64,000 bases of DNA from an uncultured Spirochaetales bacterium (GTDB lineage: Bacteria; Spirochaetota; Spirochaetia; JAFGXN01). How positions within the stretch are numbered: position 1 is the first letter of the stretch; each line of letters begins with the position of its first letter. The DNA lies in contig CASEOG010000004.1 of assembly GCA_949289575.1 (NCBI GenBank), positions 6,053 through 70,052 on the forward strand, read 5' to 3'. The notes beneath the pieces are model-generated. The model searched no databases. It saw only the letters and a list, made by a program, of their open reading frames with translations, and was not told the DNA's origin. The position numbers were made by a program, and so were the translations under genes. Shown one piece after another: positions 18,741-29,284 of this stretch.

Positions 18741-20834
18741 ATGGAAAGATTAACAATCAAAATCGGGAAGCAGGATCTGGTTCTGGAAACAGGCCGTATG
18801 GCCAAACAGGCAAACGGATCCGCTTTCGTGACTTACGGCGGCAGTGCCGTTTTGGCAACTGTCTGCTGCAGCTCACAACCGACACCGGGGCTGGACTTTG
18901 TCCCGCTTCAGGTGGAGTATAACGAGCGCTATTATGCGGCGGGAAAAATTCCCGGCGGCTTTCTCAAAAGAGAAGGACGACCGAAAGATAAGGAAATTTT
19001 GGTTTCCCGTCTGATCGACCGCCCGATGCGCCCGCTTTTTTCGAAAAAATTCGGCCGCGAGATTCAGGTTGTGCCGACCGTTGTGTCGACAGACCAGATC
19101 AACCCGCCGGATATGGTGGCGATGATTGCCGCCTCGGCAGCCGTAACCATTTCCGATATTCCTTTCGACGGTCCGATTGCCGGTGTCCGTGTCGCTTACG
19201 TAAACGGCGAATACATCATTAATCCGACTTTCGATGAAATCAAAAGCGGACAGATGGATATCGTTGTTGCCGGAACCGAAGAAGGCATCACAATGGTCGA
19301 AGGCGGCGCCAAAGAGGTGAGCGAAGAGGTGATGCTGACGGCAATCGAGAAAGCTCATGTCGTGATTGCCGATGTCTGCCGCCGGATTCGCGATTTTGCC
19401 GCCCGTGTCGGCAAAGCCAAACTGCCGCTGGCCGGTACCGATCTCCGTTACGAAAACGAATCGGCTGTCCGTGCCTTTGCGGAACCGCTCTATGCGAAAG
19501 CCTCTTTCGTTAAAAACAAACTGGAACGCCATGAGGCGAAAGCCAAAGTCCGCGAATCGATTCTTTCCCAATTCACGACGGAAGAGACACCTCAGGAAGA
19601 AATCAACCTGCTGAATGCGCTTTGCGACGAAATCGAGAGAGAGGTTGTCCGGCTTTCCGTTTTAAACAACGGCATCCGTATCGACGGCCGGAAAGCCGAC
19701 GAAATCCGCCCGATTACCTGCGAAGTCGGCGTTCTGGACCGCACGCACGGCAGTGCGCTCTTTACACGCGGCGAAACGCAAAGTTTGGGTGTCGTCACCT
19801 TGGGAACAACCGATGACGGAAAACTGGTCGACGATATCGACGGAGATAAATCGTACGAGCACTTCATGCTTCATTACAATTTCCCTCCGTACAGTGTCGG
19901 CGAAACCGGACGTCTGACAACCGGACGTCGCGAAATCGGTCACGGTCATCTGGCTCTCCGGGCATTGGAATCGATGATTCCCGATTCGAAAGAGTTCCCT
20001 TACACCATTCGTGTCGTTTCCGAAATTCTGGAATCGAACGGTTCTTCCTCGATGGCAACGGTCTGTTCCGGAACGTTGAGTCTTTTGGATGCCGGCGTGC
20101 CCCTGAAGAAACCGGTTGCCGGTATCGCGATGGGACTGATTTCCGACGGAGAGAAAGCAATCGTTTTGAGCGATATTTTGGGTGACGAAGACCATCTCGG
20201 CGATATGGATTTCAAAGTGACCGGAACGGCCGAGGGCATTACCGCTTTTCAGATGGACATCAAAATCAAGCGTGTCGCTCCCGATTTGATGAAAACCGCT
20301 CTGGAACAGGCCAAACAGGGACGTCTTCATATTCTCAGCATCATGAATCAGACGCTGAGCTCTCCGCGTGCCGAGGTGAGCCGCTTTGCCCCGAAAATCG
20401 TTTCAATTCGCATTAATCCGGATAAAGTCGGTGCCGTTATCGGCAGCGGCGGAAAAACGGTGAAGGCTCTGACGGAAAAAACGGGTGCCCAAATCGTTAT
20501 CGAAGAGGACGGAACCGTTCAGATTTACGGCAAAGATCAGGAATCGGCGGAAAAAGCGATGAAAATGGTCGAGGCCATTGCCACCGATCCGAAACCGGGA
20601 ACGCTCTTTCAGGGTGTTGTCAAAAAAATCATGGATTTCGGAGCCTTTGTCGAATTTGTACCCGGGAAAGAGGGTCTGGTTCATATTTCCAAGCTGGCCG
20701 ATCACCGTGTCGAAAAGGTCACCGATGTTTTGAAAGAAGGTCAGGTTATTCCTGTCAAAGTGCTGGAAGTCGACAAATTGGGACGGATTAATCTCTCCTA
20801 TATCGACGCGATTCGGGATCAGAAATCGGAATGA
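18741..20834 (+). CDS. pnp: polynucleotide phosphorylase / polyribonucleotide nucleotidyltransferase
   Basis: 697 aa. Two RNase PH domains, KH domain (IGSGGKTVKAL) and S1 domain at the C-terminus. Confidence 0.95.
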   Translation: MERLTIKIGKQDLVLETGRMAKQANGSAFVTYGGSAVLATVCCSSQPTPGLDFVPLQVEYNERYYAAGKIPGGFLKREGRPKDKEILVSRLIDRPMRPLFSKKFGREIQVVPTVVSTDQINPPDMVAMIAASAAVTISDIPFDGPIAGVRVAYVNGEYIINPTFDEIKSGQMDIVVAGTEEGITMVEGGAKEVSEEVMLTAIEKAHVVIADVCRRIRDFAARVGKAKLPLAGTDLRYENESAVRAFAEPLYAKASFVKNKLERHEAKAKVRESILSQFTTEETPQEEINLLNALCDEIEREVVRLSVLNNGIRIDGRKADEIRPITCEVGVLDRTHGSALFTRGETQSLGVVTLGTTDDGKLVDDIDGDKSYEHFMLHYNFPPYSVGETGRLTTGRREIGHGHLALRALESMIPDSKEFPYTIRVVSEILESNGSSSMATVCSGTLSLLDAGVPLKKPVAGIAMGLISDGEKAIVLSDILGDEDHLGDMDFKVTGTAEGITAFQMDIKIKRVAPDLMKTALEQAKQGRLHILSIMNQTLSSPRAEVSRFAPKIVSIRINPDKVGAVIGSGGKTVKALTEKTGAQIVIEEDGTVQIYGKDQESAEKAMKMVEAIATDPKPGTLFQGVVKKIMDFGAFVEFVPGKEGLVHISKLADHRVEKVTDVLKEGQVIPVKVLEVDKLGRINLSYIDAIRDQKSE

Positions 20835-21268
20835 AAAAGGTCCCGATCAAGGCAGTTTTTAAAGAAAACCGCAAACCGGTTTACGGTTCGCCCCTGGCTT
20901 CGGGGGCGGATCTGTTTGCGGATATCGATGAACCGATACGGCTGCAAAGTCTGGAACGGTGTCTGGTGCCGACAGGTTTTTTTCTCCAGATTCCGGACGG
21001 CTATGAGGCGCAGGTTCGTCCCCGGTCGGGGTTGGCCGTTCGCCACGGCCTCTCGCTGGTCAATACACCGGGAACCATCGATGCCGATTACCGCGGCGAA
21101 GTGAAAGTGATTCTCGTGAACCTCGGGAAAGACCCGGTAACGGTCTCTCCCGGCGACCGGATTGCCCAGCTGGTCATAGCTCCGGTCGTGCAGGCGGAAT
21201 GGATTGCCGTCGACCGTTTGGAGGCGACGGAGCGCGGTGAAGGCGGATTCGGTTCGACGGGAGTTTAA
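20831..21268 (+). CDS. dut: dUTP diphosphatase
   Basis: 145 aa. dUTPase motifs (SGLAVRHGL, GTIDADYRGE, RIAQLV). ATGA overlap with pnp. Confidence 0.9.
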   Translation: MKKVPIKAVFKENRKPVYGSPLASGADLFADIDEPIRLQSLERCLVPTGFFLQIPDGYEAQVRPRSGLAVRHGLSLVNTPGTIDADYRGEVKVILVNLGKDPVTVSPGDRIAQLVIAPVVQAEWIAVDRLEATERGEGGFGSTGV

Positions 21269-21271
21269 CCG

Positions 21272-22567
21272 GTGAAAGGACATCGACGGTACTGGACGAT
21301 TTACGGCTACCTGTTTCGGGAATTTATTCTTTCCTTTATGGTAGCCTTCTTCATTTTTTTCGCACTGTTTCTGGTGAACGAGCTTCTGGTCATTGCGTTG
21401 AGAATGCAGAAAAAAGATGTTCCCGTTTCGACCGTCTTCATTTTTTTGCTTTATTCGCTTCCTTATGTTCTTTCCTATACGTTTCCGTTATCGACAATGG
21501 TCAGTTGCCTGATGGCTGTCGGCCGCTTTCATTCCGACAATGAGATGCTGGCCATGCGGGCCAGCGGAATTCGTTACAGTAACATTTTTGTTCCGTTCAG
21601 TTTTGCGGCAGTGATTCTCACTCTGATTTCGTTTGTCATGAACGACTACTTTCTGCCTCTCGGAATGGAAAAACGGTATTCTCTTCTCAATCAGGTTGCA
21701 TTGTCGAACGCTTCGGTTATTTTCGAACCGTACGATGTGTCCGACCCGATTCAGGGAAAAATTATCATTACCGGCGATATAGAAGAAAACCTGATTCGGA
21801 ATCTGATTATAGTGGACAGGGATCCGGATGCCAATCGGCGGATTATTGTTTCCAAAAATGTGTCATTCCGGCAAAACGAACAGCTGGAAGGGGTCATGCA
21901 TTTGAATATGAAAGAACCGTTCATGCTGTCGACCGATAAAAACAGACGGAATTCGTATAATTACACAACCGCGCGGGAAGCCGACTATAATATTCTTTTA
22001 AAAGATTACGCCGGAACCGTTTTCTCTTCTTCGGATCCGTCGACAATGACCAGCAGTCAGGTTCGCGAAATGATACGGGAAGAGAAGGAACGGCTTCACA
22101 ATAACCGTGTACGTCAACGGGAACGGGTCTCTTCGGACCTTTATCAGCTTCGTTGCCGTTACGACGACATGTTCGAGTCTTCTTTTTTTATGCGGCAGTA
22201 CAAACAGTCCGATGTCAATTCACTGGCAGGCGATTACGAGAACTATCTGATTCAAAAAAACAGAAAAATCAGCAATAAAAGCCTTTCCCGTCTGGAAACC
22301 GAATATCATTATAAATTTGTTCTGCCGACCGGCTGTATAGCCTTGATCCTCCTGGCTTTTCCTTTGGGACTTTTTTCGAAACGCAGCGATAAAGCTGTCG
22401 GTTTGGGATTGGGCAGTATTTTTGCTTTTGTCTATTGGGTTTTGATTATGATGTCAAAGATTATCGGATATACATCCGATTTTCCGCCGGTTTTAATTAT
22501 GTGGCTTCCCAATATGATTGTCGGCATCGCCGGGATTATTATATATTCCATCAGAATGAGGCAGTGA
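21272..22567 (+). CDS. LptF/LptG family permease (YjgP/YjgQ)
   Basis: 431 aa. N-terminal TM cluster, large periplasmic loop and C-terminal TMs. GTG start. Confidence 0.7.
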   Translation: MKGHRRYWTIYGYLFREFILSFMVAFFIFFALFLVNELLVIALRMQKKDVPVSTVFIFLLYSLPYVLSYTFPLSTMVSCLMAVGRFHSDNEMLAMRASGIRYSNIFVPFSFAAVILTLISFVMNDYFLPLGMEKRYSLLNQVALSNASVIFEPYDVSDPIQGKIIITGDIEENLIRNLIIVDRDPDANRRIIVSKNVSFRQNEQLEGVMHLNMKEPFMLSTDKNRRNSYNYTTAREADYNILLKDYAGTVFSSSDPSTMTSSQVREMIREEKERLHNNRVRQRERVSSDLYQLRCRYDDMFESSFFMRQYKQSDVNSLAGDYENYLIQKNRKISNKSLSRLETEYHYKFVLPTGCIALILLAFPLGLFSKRSDKAVGLGLGSIFAFVYWVLIMMSKIIGYTSDFPPVLIMWLPNMIVGIAGIIIYSIRMRQ

Positions 22568-22568
22568 G

Positions 22569-23663
22569 ATGATGCGGACTTTACACAGAATGCTTTTTAT
22601 GCAGTTTCTCAAAGTTTTTTCCGTGGCTCTGCTGCTGTTTGTGTTTATTATTGTTTTTGTCGATATTTTTTCTCATCTTTATTCGTATATTGTCAGCGAT
22701 ATCCCGATCGGAAAGATATTTTACATAACGGTTCTTTATATTCCGAAATGCATTCATTATTCGGTTCCGATTGCGGTTCTGTTCGCAGTTTCGTATACTC
22801 TCGGATCCTTTTACGCCAATAACGAACTGGTTGCGGTCTTTTCTTCGGGCGTTCCCCTGCATAAATTTGTTTTGCCGCTTCTGATTTTCGGATTTTGCGG
22901 CAGTCTTTTCAACTTCCTTTTTGAAGAATTGGTTGTCATCGATACGCTCAGGATGAAAAACAATGCCTATAACGAAGTCATGTATTATACTTCGTCCTCG
23001 GACGGTGATAAACAGCGTGCGGCTGTTTTCGACATTGACAAAAATATCATCTATTATGCGGGATCCTATCGCGATGCCAGTCAGGTTTTGAACGATGTCA
23101 CTTTAATTCAGCTTTCACCGCAGGGAGATCTGATTTCCAGAATCGATGCCCGGGAAGGCGAGTGGAACGGTTATTTTTGGGATTTTCGAGAGGTGCGCTT
23201 GTTTGATGTTCACGCCGAAACAAAAAAAGTGACGGAAAGTTACCGGGAAACCCTCGGTTCGGAAAAATATAACAAACCGCCGAAGTTTTTCAGAGAAGTG
23301 ACCAAAGATATTACGGAATTGAGACTTTTTGAGGCGATAGACTGGCTCGGTGAGCTGAAGGAAGCCAACGTCGCCAAAAAATACAGGGATGCTTTAATCG
23401 AATTTTACAAGCGGTTTTCGTTTACGTTTACAACGTTTATTGTCGCTCTGATTTCCTGTGCTTTGGGAAGCCGCTTTAATAAAAATATTCTGCTGTACAG
23501 TCTGTTAATGAGTATTATCATTGCGGTTGTTTACTACGTCTATCAGATGATTACGGAGCTTTTTGCCAGCGGCCGTATATTACCGCCGTTTGTCGGATCG
23601 TGGCTTCCGTTTTTCACGTTTCTCATTGTCGGTCGGATTTTATTCAGGAGAGCCAGAACATGA
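22569..23663 (+). CDS. LptF/LptG family permease (second paralogue)
   Basis: 364 aa, same architecture, immediately following the first permease. Confidence 0.7.
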   Translation: MMRTLHRMLFMQFLKVFSVALLLFVFIIVFVDIFSHLYSYIVSDIPIGKIFYITVLYIPKCIHYSVPIAVLFAVSYTLGSFYANNELVAVFSSGVPLHKFVLPLLIFGFCGSLFNFLFEELVVIDTLRMKNNAYNEVMYYTSSSDGDKQRAAVFDIDKNIIYYAGSYRDASQVLNDVTLIQLSPQGDLISRIDAREGEWNGYFWDFREVRLFDVHAETKKVTESYRETLGSEKYNKPPKFFREVTKDITELRLFEAIDWLGELKEANVAKKYRDALIEFYKRFSFTFTTFIVALISCALGSRFNKNILLYSLLMSIIIAVVYYVYQMITELFASGRILPPFVGSWLPFFTFLIVGRILFRRART

Positions 23664-24793
23664 AGCCTTTGTTTGAATGTACTTACCGGGATCCGAACAG
23701 CCGTGCGCGGCTGGGGCTTTTGCATTTGCCGCACGGAACCGTCGAAACGCCGGTGTTTATGCCGGTCGGCACAGCCGGTGCCATTAAGGCCTTAAAACAC
23801 AGTGATTTGGAAAAAATCGGATACCGGCTGATGCTTTCCAACACTTATCACTTATATTTGCGGCCGGGTGCCGATGTCATGGCGGCTTACGGATCGCTGC
23901 ATGAGTTCGACAGCTGGCAGCACAATATTTTGACCGACAGCGGCGGTTTTCAGGTCTTTTCATTGGCGCCTTTCCGGAAAATTCGGCACGAGGGGGTGCG
24001 TTTCCGCAGTCATATCGACGGCAGTTACCACAACTTGACACCCGAATCGGTGGTCGATTTTCAGACCATTCTGAATTCGGACATTCAAATGGTTTTGGAT
24101 GTGTGCAGCGAGAAGGGAATCTCCGAGAAGAAAGCCAAAGAAGCGGCTTATATCACCGCGGAATGGGCCGTCCGTGCCAAAAAACAGTGGCTCGAAAAGC
24201 GGGAAGCCGGCTACGCCGGCCATTTATTCGGAATCGTACAGGGCAATTTCTATAAAAATCTGCGGAAAATGTGCGCGGAGCAGATCAACGAAATCGATTT
24301 TCCGGGAATCGCTATCGGCGGTCTTTCCGTCGGCGAGGAAAAAAACGAATTTGCCGATTTCCTCAGTTATACGGCCGCATTCCTGCCGGAAGACAAACCG
24401 CGCTATGTGATGGGAATCGGCTCTCCCGACTATCTCTTTGAGGCGGTCGCCAACGGAATCGATATGTTTGATTGCGTTCTGCCGACGCGGGTTGCCCGAA
24501 ACGGAACGGCGGCGACGGACGACGGATGGATTGCGCTGAAAAAAGAAAGGTATGCGACGGACAGGCGGCCGCTGCAGGAAGGCTGCCCGTGCACGGCGTG
24601 CCGGACTTACAGCCGCGGTTATCTGCGTCATCTTGTGAAAGCCGGAGAAATTCTGGCTCCGATGCTGATTACCGAACACAATCTGACCTATTTTTACCGC
24701 TTGATGGAGCGTATTCGTCTTTCGATTCGCGAAAACCGTTTTACGGAGTTTAAAAACGAGTACCTGCAGCGTTTTACGGGAGGGAACGGATGA
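23660..24793 (+). CDS. tgt: queuine tRNA-ribosyltransferase
   Basis: TGT family (TPVFMPVGT, LSNTYHL, DSGGFQ). Zn-binding CxCxxC...H near the C-terminus. ATG 23660 overlaps the previous stop (ATGA). Confidence 0.9.
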   Translation: MKPLFECTYRDPNSRARLGLLHLPHGTVETPVFMPVGTAGAIKALKHSDLEKIGYRLMLSNTYHLYLRPGADVMAAYGSLHEFDSWQHNILTDSGGFQVFSLAPFRKIRHEGVRFRSHIDGSYHNLTPESVVDFQTILNSDIQMVLDVCSEKGISEKKAKEAAYITAEWAVRAKKQWLEKREAGYAGHLFGIVQGNFYKNLRKMCAEQINEIDFPGIAIGGLSVGEEKNEFADFLSYTAAFLPEDKPRYVMGIGSPDYLFEAVANGIDMFDCVLPTRVARNGTAATDDGWIALKKERYATDRRPLQEGCPCTACRTYSRGYLRHLVKAGEILAPMLITEHNLTYFYRLMERIRLSIRENRFTEFKNEYLQRFTGGNG

Positions 24794-26349
24794 CTCGGGA
24801 ACAGGATAAACAACGAAGTACCTCGCTTTCGGCTCTGGTCGTCATGGCGGCAACTCTTTTTTCCAGAATGCTCGGATTTATTAAAGTGGCTCTCATCAGT
24901 CACCTTTTCGGGGCAACCGGGAAAGCCGATGTCTTTAATTTCGTCTTTGATATTCCCAACAATCTGCGGAAACTGATGGCGGAAGGAGCGCTTTCATCGG
25001 CCTTTATCCCTACACTGTCGCAGTCGATTGCCGACAAAAACGGGAGCGATAAACGGTTGGTGAGAACCCTGCTGACTTTTCAGTTTCTGATACTGATTCC
25101 GCTGTGCGTTCTGGCCGTCATTTTCAAACGGGAAGTGATTCTCTTTCTCTCCGAATACAAAGATCCCGAACAGATTGAACTGGCGGCCTCACTCTTTCAG
25201 TTCTTCATTCACTATATTGTTTTCGTCAGCATTTCCGCCGTGATTATGGCGACTTTGAATTCCCGCCGTCATTTTCTGACGCCGGCACTGGCTCCGATTG
25301 TCTTTTCCGTTTGCGTCATTATTTCCGTTTTGGCTTTTCATAAGAAATGGGACATTTTTTCGATGGCGCTCGGCGTTCTTTCCGGCGGCGTGGCACAGAT
25401 TCTGATTCAGCTGCCGGTTTTTTACAAAAAAGGGTACCGAATGACACCCGATTTTCATTTTCGGGATCCTTATTTCCGCACGATTCTGCGCCGTTGGGTT
25501 CCCGTCCTTTTTGCTTCATGTATTTTCTTTGTGAATCAGCTGATAGCCAACAAATTCGCGTCGGGATTGGATGACGGATCGGTTTCGGCTCTCAAAAACT
25601 CGATTATTTTCTGGCAGCTGCCGCAGGGAATTTTCGGAGCCTCGCTGTCGACGGTGCTGTTTCCCAAAATGAGCCGCGAAGCGGTCGAAAACGATACGGA
25701 AGGATTGAGACGGAGCGTCAATTACGGGTTGACGTTTCTTTACATTCTGCTGGTTCCGTCATCGCTCATTCTGATTCTGTTCGGACCGCAGATGGTGGCC
25801 GTCACATTGCAGCACGGGAAGTTTACGCTGACCGACTCGCTGCTCACGGCACGGGTGCTTGCATATTACAGTCTGGGACTTTTTTTCAGTGCCGGCTTTA
25901 CCTTTCTGCAGCGCTTTTTTTATTCGCGGCAGAAATTTTTTATCCCGGTTGCCGTTTCGATTGTGCTGGTTCTGATCGATATCGGCTGTTCGCTCTGGCT
26001 GAAGGAAACGGCTTTACGGGTCTCCGGTCTGGCTCTTGCCAATTCCATAGCTTTTGCCGTTGCTTTTTTCATTCAGCTTTATCTGGTAAAACGGGAACTG
26101 CATCACATCGGTTTCAGAAGTTTTCTGACTGAGGCCGGGAAGGGAACCCTGGCCATGATTCCGTTTACGGCCTATCTGGCCGCTGTCGGATTTCTTTCGT
26201 ATTGGAAAGAGGGCTTTTCGCTGATCAATTTCGCGACAGCTGCTCTCGTCGGAATCGGTGCGGTCCTGATTCTTTTCTTTTCTTTTTATCTCTTTAAGAT
26301 TGAAATTCTGACCGATATTCTTAAAAGAAGGAGAAAATCGTGTGATTAA
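24790..26349 (+). CDS. murJ: murein biosynthesis integral membrane protein MurJ (lipid II flippase)
   Basis: 519 aa polytopic protein with MviN/MurJ N-terminal signature (MLGFIKVALISHLFGATGKADVFNFVFDIPNNLRKLMAEGALSSAFIP). Confidence 0.85.
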   Translation: MTREQDKQRSTSLSALVVMAATLFSRMLGFIKVALISHLFGATGKADVFNFVFDIPNNLRKLMAEGALSSAFIPTLSQSIADKNGSDKRLVRTLLTFQFLILIPLCVLAVIFKREVILFLSEYKDPEQIELAASLFQFFIHYIVFVSISAVIMATLNSRRHFLTPALAPIVFSVCVIISVLAFHKKWDIFSMALGVLSGGVAQILIQLPVFYKKGYRMTPDFHFRDPYFRTILRRWVPVLFASCIFFVNQLIANKFASGLDDGSVSALKNSIIFWQLPQGIFGASLSTVLFPKMSREAVENDTEGLRRSVNYGLTFLYILLVPSSLILILFGPQMVAVTLQHGKFTLTDSLLTARVLAYYSLGLFFSAGFTFLQRFFYSRQKFFIPVAVSIVLVLIDIGCSLWLKETALRVSGLALANSIAFAVAFFIQLYLVKRELHHIGFRSFLTEAGKGTLAMIPFTAYLAAVGFLSYWKEGFSLINFATAALVGIGAVLILFFSFYLFKIEILTDILKRRRKSCD

Positions 26350-28087
26350 GAGACCTCTCTTTTTTTTCGGAGCGTTATTAACCGTCTTCTGTTTTCACTC
26401 TTTGGCGGCAGCCGATACCGAAACGGTGTCTTTATCGTCGTCGGTTCTTTCTTCCGAACCGGCATCGGTTGCGAAATCCGAATCTGCCGATTCGGTTTCT
26501 GTCCCGTCGGCAGCCGATAAGACTCAGGCGGAACCGAATTCCTCAGCACCGACTTCGACAGAGGCCGATTCTCACTCCTCGACGACAAACCTGACAGCGG
26601 ATTCACCGGAGAAGGAGATCTCCTACGAAGACATCTTCAAATGGGGGATGGAAACCCAGATCCTGGAAACTCTGAAAAAAATTACGGAAGCCGGAACCGC
26701 CGTTCCCCGAGAACAGCTGGAAACTCTTTACCGTGAATCGCTTTCGGCACCGATCCGGGCGGCCTGTCTCGATTACTGGCGTGAAAAAAAAGATCCGTTT
26801 TTATATGATGATGTGCTCGGTGAATGGAGCGAACTTCCTGTCCGGGAAACGGTTTTGCAGCAGGCGACTCTCAATTATCTGTTTGCCTTTCTTCCCGAGA
26901 AACAGGATGAAAAGACGATCGGTATTTTGGGCGATGTTCTCCGCTATGCCGATTACGGTGTCAAGTCACATCTGTTGAGTCTGATTGCCGAAAAACAGCT
27001 GACGGCATTCGAACCGGTTCTTCTGGAGGCGTGGAAAACAGCCGACGGTCAGACCGCGTTTCAGGCTGCGGTTCTGAAGACGCTCGGTAAACTGAAAACC
27101 GGTGATGCGTTTGAAATCCTGAAAGCACAGCTGGAGAATACCGATTTGCCGACCGATTTGCGGATGGCCGCTGCCGAAGGGTTGGGCGGTTACGAAACCG
27201 CCGACGCATACGGAGTACTCGAATCGTTTATGACGGAAACCAATATTTATCTCCGGCTGAAAATTTTCGATTCGCTGCTCTCGACAAAAAATCCGAATTT
27301 GAAAAAAACAATCGAGCAGGGCGGAAAAGACGGTTACTGGCAGATTCGCCGTTCGGTCTTTCGGTTCATCGGTGAGAACGGGTTGACCGAATATGCCCCG
27401 ATGATGCTCTTTAAAGCGAAAAACGAACCGGAGCGGTCGGTTCGCGAGACTGTGATTCGGCAACTGGGGAAAATGGATCTTCCCGAAATCCGGACCTATC
27501 TTCAGGAGACGGTGCGCAACGAAAAAAATCCGATGACAACACGGAAACTGGCATTCGATGCTCTCGGCGGTTACCAATATGCGCAGCAGATTCCGTTTCT
27601 GATGGATTTATGGACACGGTACAAAGACAAGCCGACGGGAACCATTGCCGAACACATGGCGATGCGTCTTTCGGTGACCGAAGAAGCAGGGCTTGATGTC
27701 ATGTATGAGCTTTTCTTTTTGTCGCCGGTCGGTCTGTTCAAACTTTACGCTTTACGCGGAATCGGTCTCAATCATTCACAGTCGTGCCGTGCCGAAATCG
27801 AAAAAATGCGGCAGAGCGACAAAAATGATCAGCTGACACGGGCGGCTAAGGCCATCGATTACGGCGACGGACCGGTTTCCGACCCGGCTGCGGCTGCCCC
27901 GGACACGAAAACCGATCCGGCGGCGGGACCGGCTGCACAGAACGAGACGGCACCGGCTGCGTACGGGGAGAAAGCGGCGGGGGCTGAAAACCGTACGGAT
28001 AACACGAGAGAATCGACCGGGAACGGCACAGCAGAATCGCCTGCGGCCGATTCCTCTGTTTTCGAAGCCGCAAACGAAAAAGCATAA
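26342..28087 (+). CDS. secreted HEAT/PBS-lyase-type repeat protein with Pro/Ala-rich C-terminal tail
   Basis: Signal peptide. Repeated alpha-helical ~30-aa units (...AACLDYWREKKDP..., ...AAAEGLGGYETADA..., ...RKLAFDALGGYQYA...) suggest HEAT-like repeats. Confidence 0.55.
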   Translation: MIKRPLFFFGALLTVFCFHSLAAADTETVSLSSSVLSSEPASVAKSESADSVSVPSAADKTQAEPNSSAPTSTEADSHSSTTNLTADSPEKEISYEDIFKWGMETQILETLKKITEAGTAVPREQLETLYRESLSAPIRAACLDYWREKKDPFLYDDVLGEWSELPVRETVLQQATLNYLFAFLPEKQDEKTIGILGDVLRYADYGVKSHLLSLIAEKQLTAFEPVLLEAWKTADGQTAFQAAVLKTLGKLKTGDAFEILKAQLENTDLPTDLRMAAAEGLGGYETADAYGVLESFMTETNIYLRLKIFDSLLSTKNPNLKKTIEQGGKDGYWQIRRSVFRFIGENGLTEYAPMMLFKAKNEPERSVRETVIRQLGKMDLPEIRTYLQETVRNEKNPMTTRKLAFDALGGYQYAQQIPFLMDLWTRYKDKPTGTIAEHMAMRLSVTEEAGLDVMYELFFLSPVGLFKLYALRGIGLNHSQSCRAEIEKMRQSDKNDQLTRAAKAIDYGDGPVSDPAAAAPDTKTDPAAGPAAQNETAPAAYGEKAAGAENRTDNTRESTGNGTAESPAADSSVFEAANEKA

Positions 28088-28096
28088 AATAATATT

Positions 28097-29212
28097 TTAT
28101 TTTCTTCTCAACAGAATCCCCGTTTCGATTTTCGAGGTCTGCGGGAACATGTCGAAAAAGACCGCTTCGGCGATCGTGTAGTTTTGCGTCAACACTTTTA
28201 AGTCGCGCATCAGGTCGGGCGGCGAGCAGGAAATGTAAACGATTGTTTGGAGGCCGCTTGCGGCCAAAGCGGCGGCTCCGTTTTTGAGGCCGGCTGCCGG
28301 CGGATCGGCGATGCAGAAGTCGTAAGCGGCGGCCGGCTTCCCGCGGTGAAGAACGCGGTAAAGATCTTCGCGGCGGTAGGAGATTTTTACCCCGGGGAAG
28401 GCGGCGGCCGCGCGGTTGGCGGCGGCGACCGCGTCGGCGTTGAGGTCAAACCCGGTAATCGAGGCGGCGATTTCCGTCAGCGGCAGCGAAAAGTTGCCGT
28501 TGCCGCAAAACAGATCGAGTATACGGCTTTTCCCGGAAGCGGTCCCGGCGGCCGCCCCGGCAATCCAGCGGCGAATTTTATCGTTGACTTCGTTGTTGAC
28601 CTGCGCAAACGGCATCATGGCCGCGGCGCCGTGACCGCCGATTATCGCCTGCCGCCACTCTCCGTCGCGGTCGAGGTAGAGCTGCCGCTCTTCGCCGGCG
28701 GCTGCCGGCTCAGGCGATTCGGTCAGCTGCGCCAGTGCGCGGTTGAGGGCGCCGCAAACGCAGAGACAGCGGTCAATCGGCTGCGGATCGCGGCTGCCTT
28801 TGCGGTAGAGTGCCGGCCGGCCGGCCGCGTCGATGCGGATGCGCAGGCGGTTGCGGTAGCCGAACGGGGTGGAGGCGACAGTGAGCAAAGGGGGGAGTGT
28901 GATGCCGGCGCGCGCGGCACACTCTTCGATGATTGCCGTTTTCAGCTGTAACTGTCTTTCGTAACGGATGTGCTGGAAATCGCAGCCGCCGCAGCGGCCG
29001 AAATAAGGGCAGGGCGGTTCGATGCGGTCGGCGGAAGGTTCGCGAATGCGAATTGCTTCGGCCGTCATATAATGTGCTTTCGAAACAGGTGACGGTTCGG
29101 CTTCGACCTTTTCCCACGGCAGCGTATACGGAATCCAGCAGATTTTTCCGTCGATCCGTCCCAATCCGTATCCGCCGTAAACAATTTTTTCAATTTCGAC
29201 AATTTCCGCCAT
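28097..29212 (-). CDS. 23S rRNA (uracil-C5)-methyltransferase, RlmD/RumA family
   Basis: N-terminal TRAM domain. Fe-S cluster cysteines CPYFGRCGGCDFQH. SAM-MTase motifs (LDLFCGNGNF, ADPPAAG). Strongly GC-rich compared with neighbours. Confidence 0.75.
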   Translation of the reverse strand: MAEIVEIEKIVYGGYGLGRIDGKICWIPYTLPWEKVEAEPSPVSKAHYMTAEAIRIREPSADRIEPPCPYFGRCGGCDFQHIRYERQLQLKTAIIEECAARAGITLPPLLTVASTPFGYRNRLRIRIDAAGRPALYRKGSRDPQPIDRCLCVCGALNRALAQLTESPEPAAAGEERQLYLDRDGEWRQAIIGGHGAAAMMPFAQVNNEVNDKIRRWIAGAAAGTASGKSRILDLFCGNGNFSLPLTEIAASITGFDLNADAVAAANRAAAAFPGVKISYRREDLYRVLHRGKPAAAYDFCIADPPAAGLKNGAAALAASGLQTIVYISCSPPDLMRDLKVLTQNYTIAEAVFFDMFPQTSKIETGILLRRK

Positions 29213-29249
29213 TGCCGTATTCTATCACAATCACTTTTTTTGGTAAAGG

Positions 29250-29278
29250 TTGAATAAAGCGTTAAAAAACGGTATACT
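29250..29278 (+). promoter_or_regulatory. sigma70-like promoter (TTGAAT-17-TATACT) placing the TSS at or about the ATG of the next gene (possible leaderless mRNA)
   Basis: TTGAAT 29250-55, 17-bp spacer, TATACT 29273-78. The ATG lies at 29285 with no SD sequence in between. Confidence 0.4.
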
Positions 29279-29284
29279 TCATCC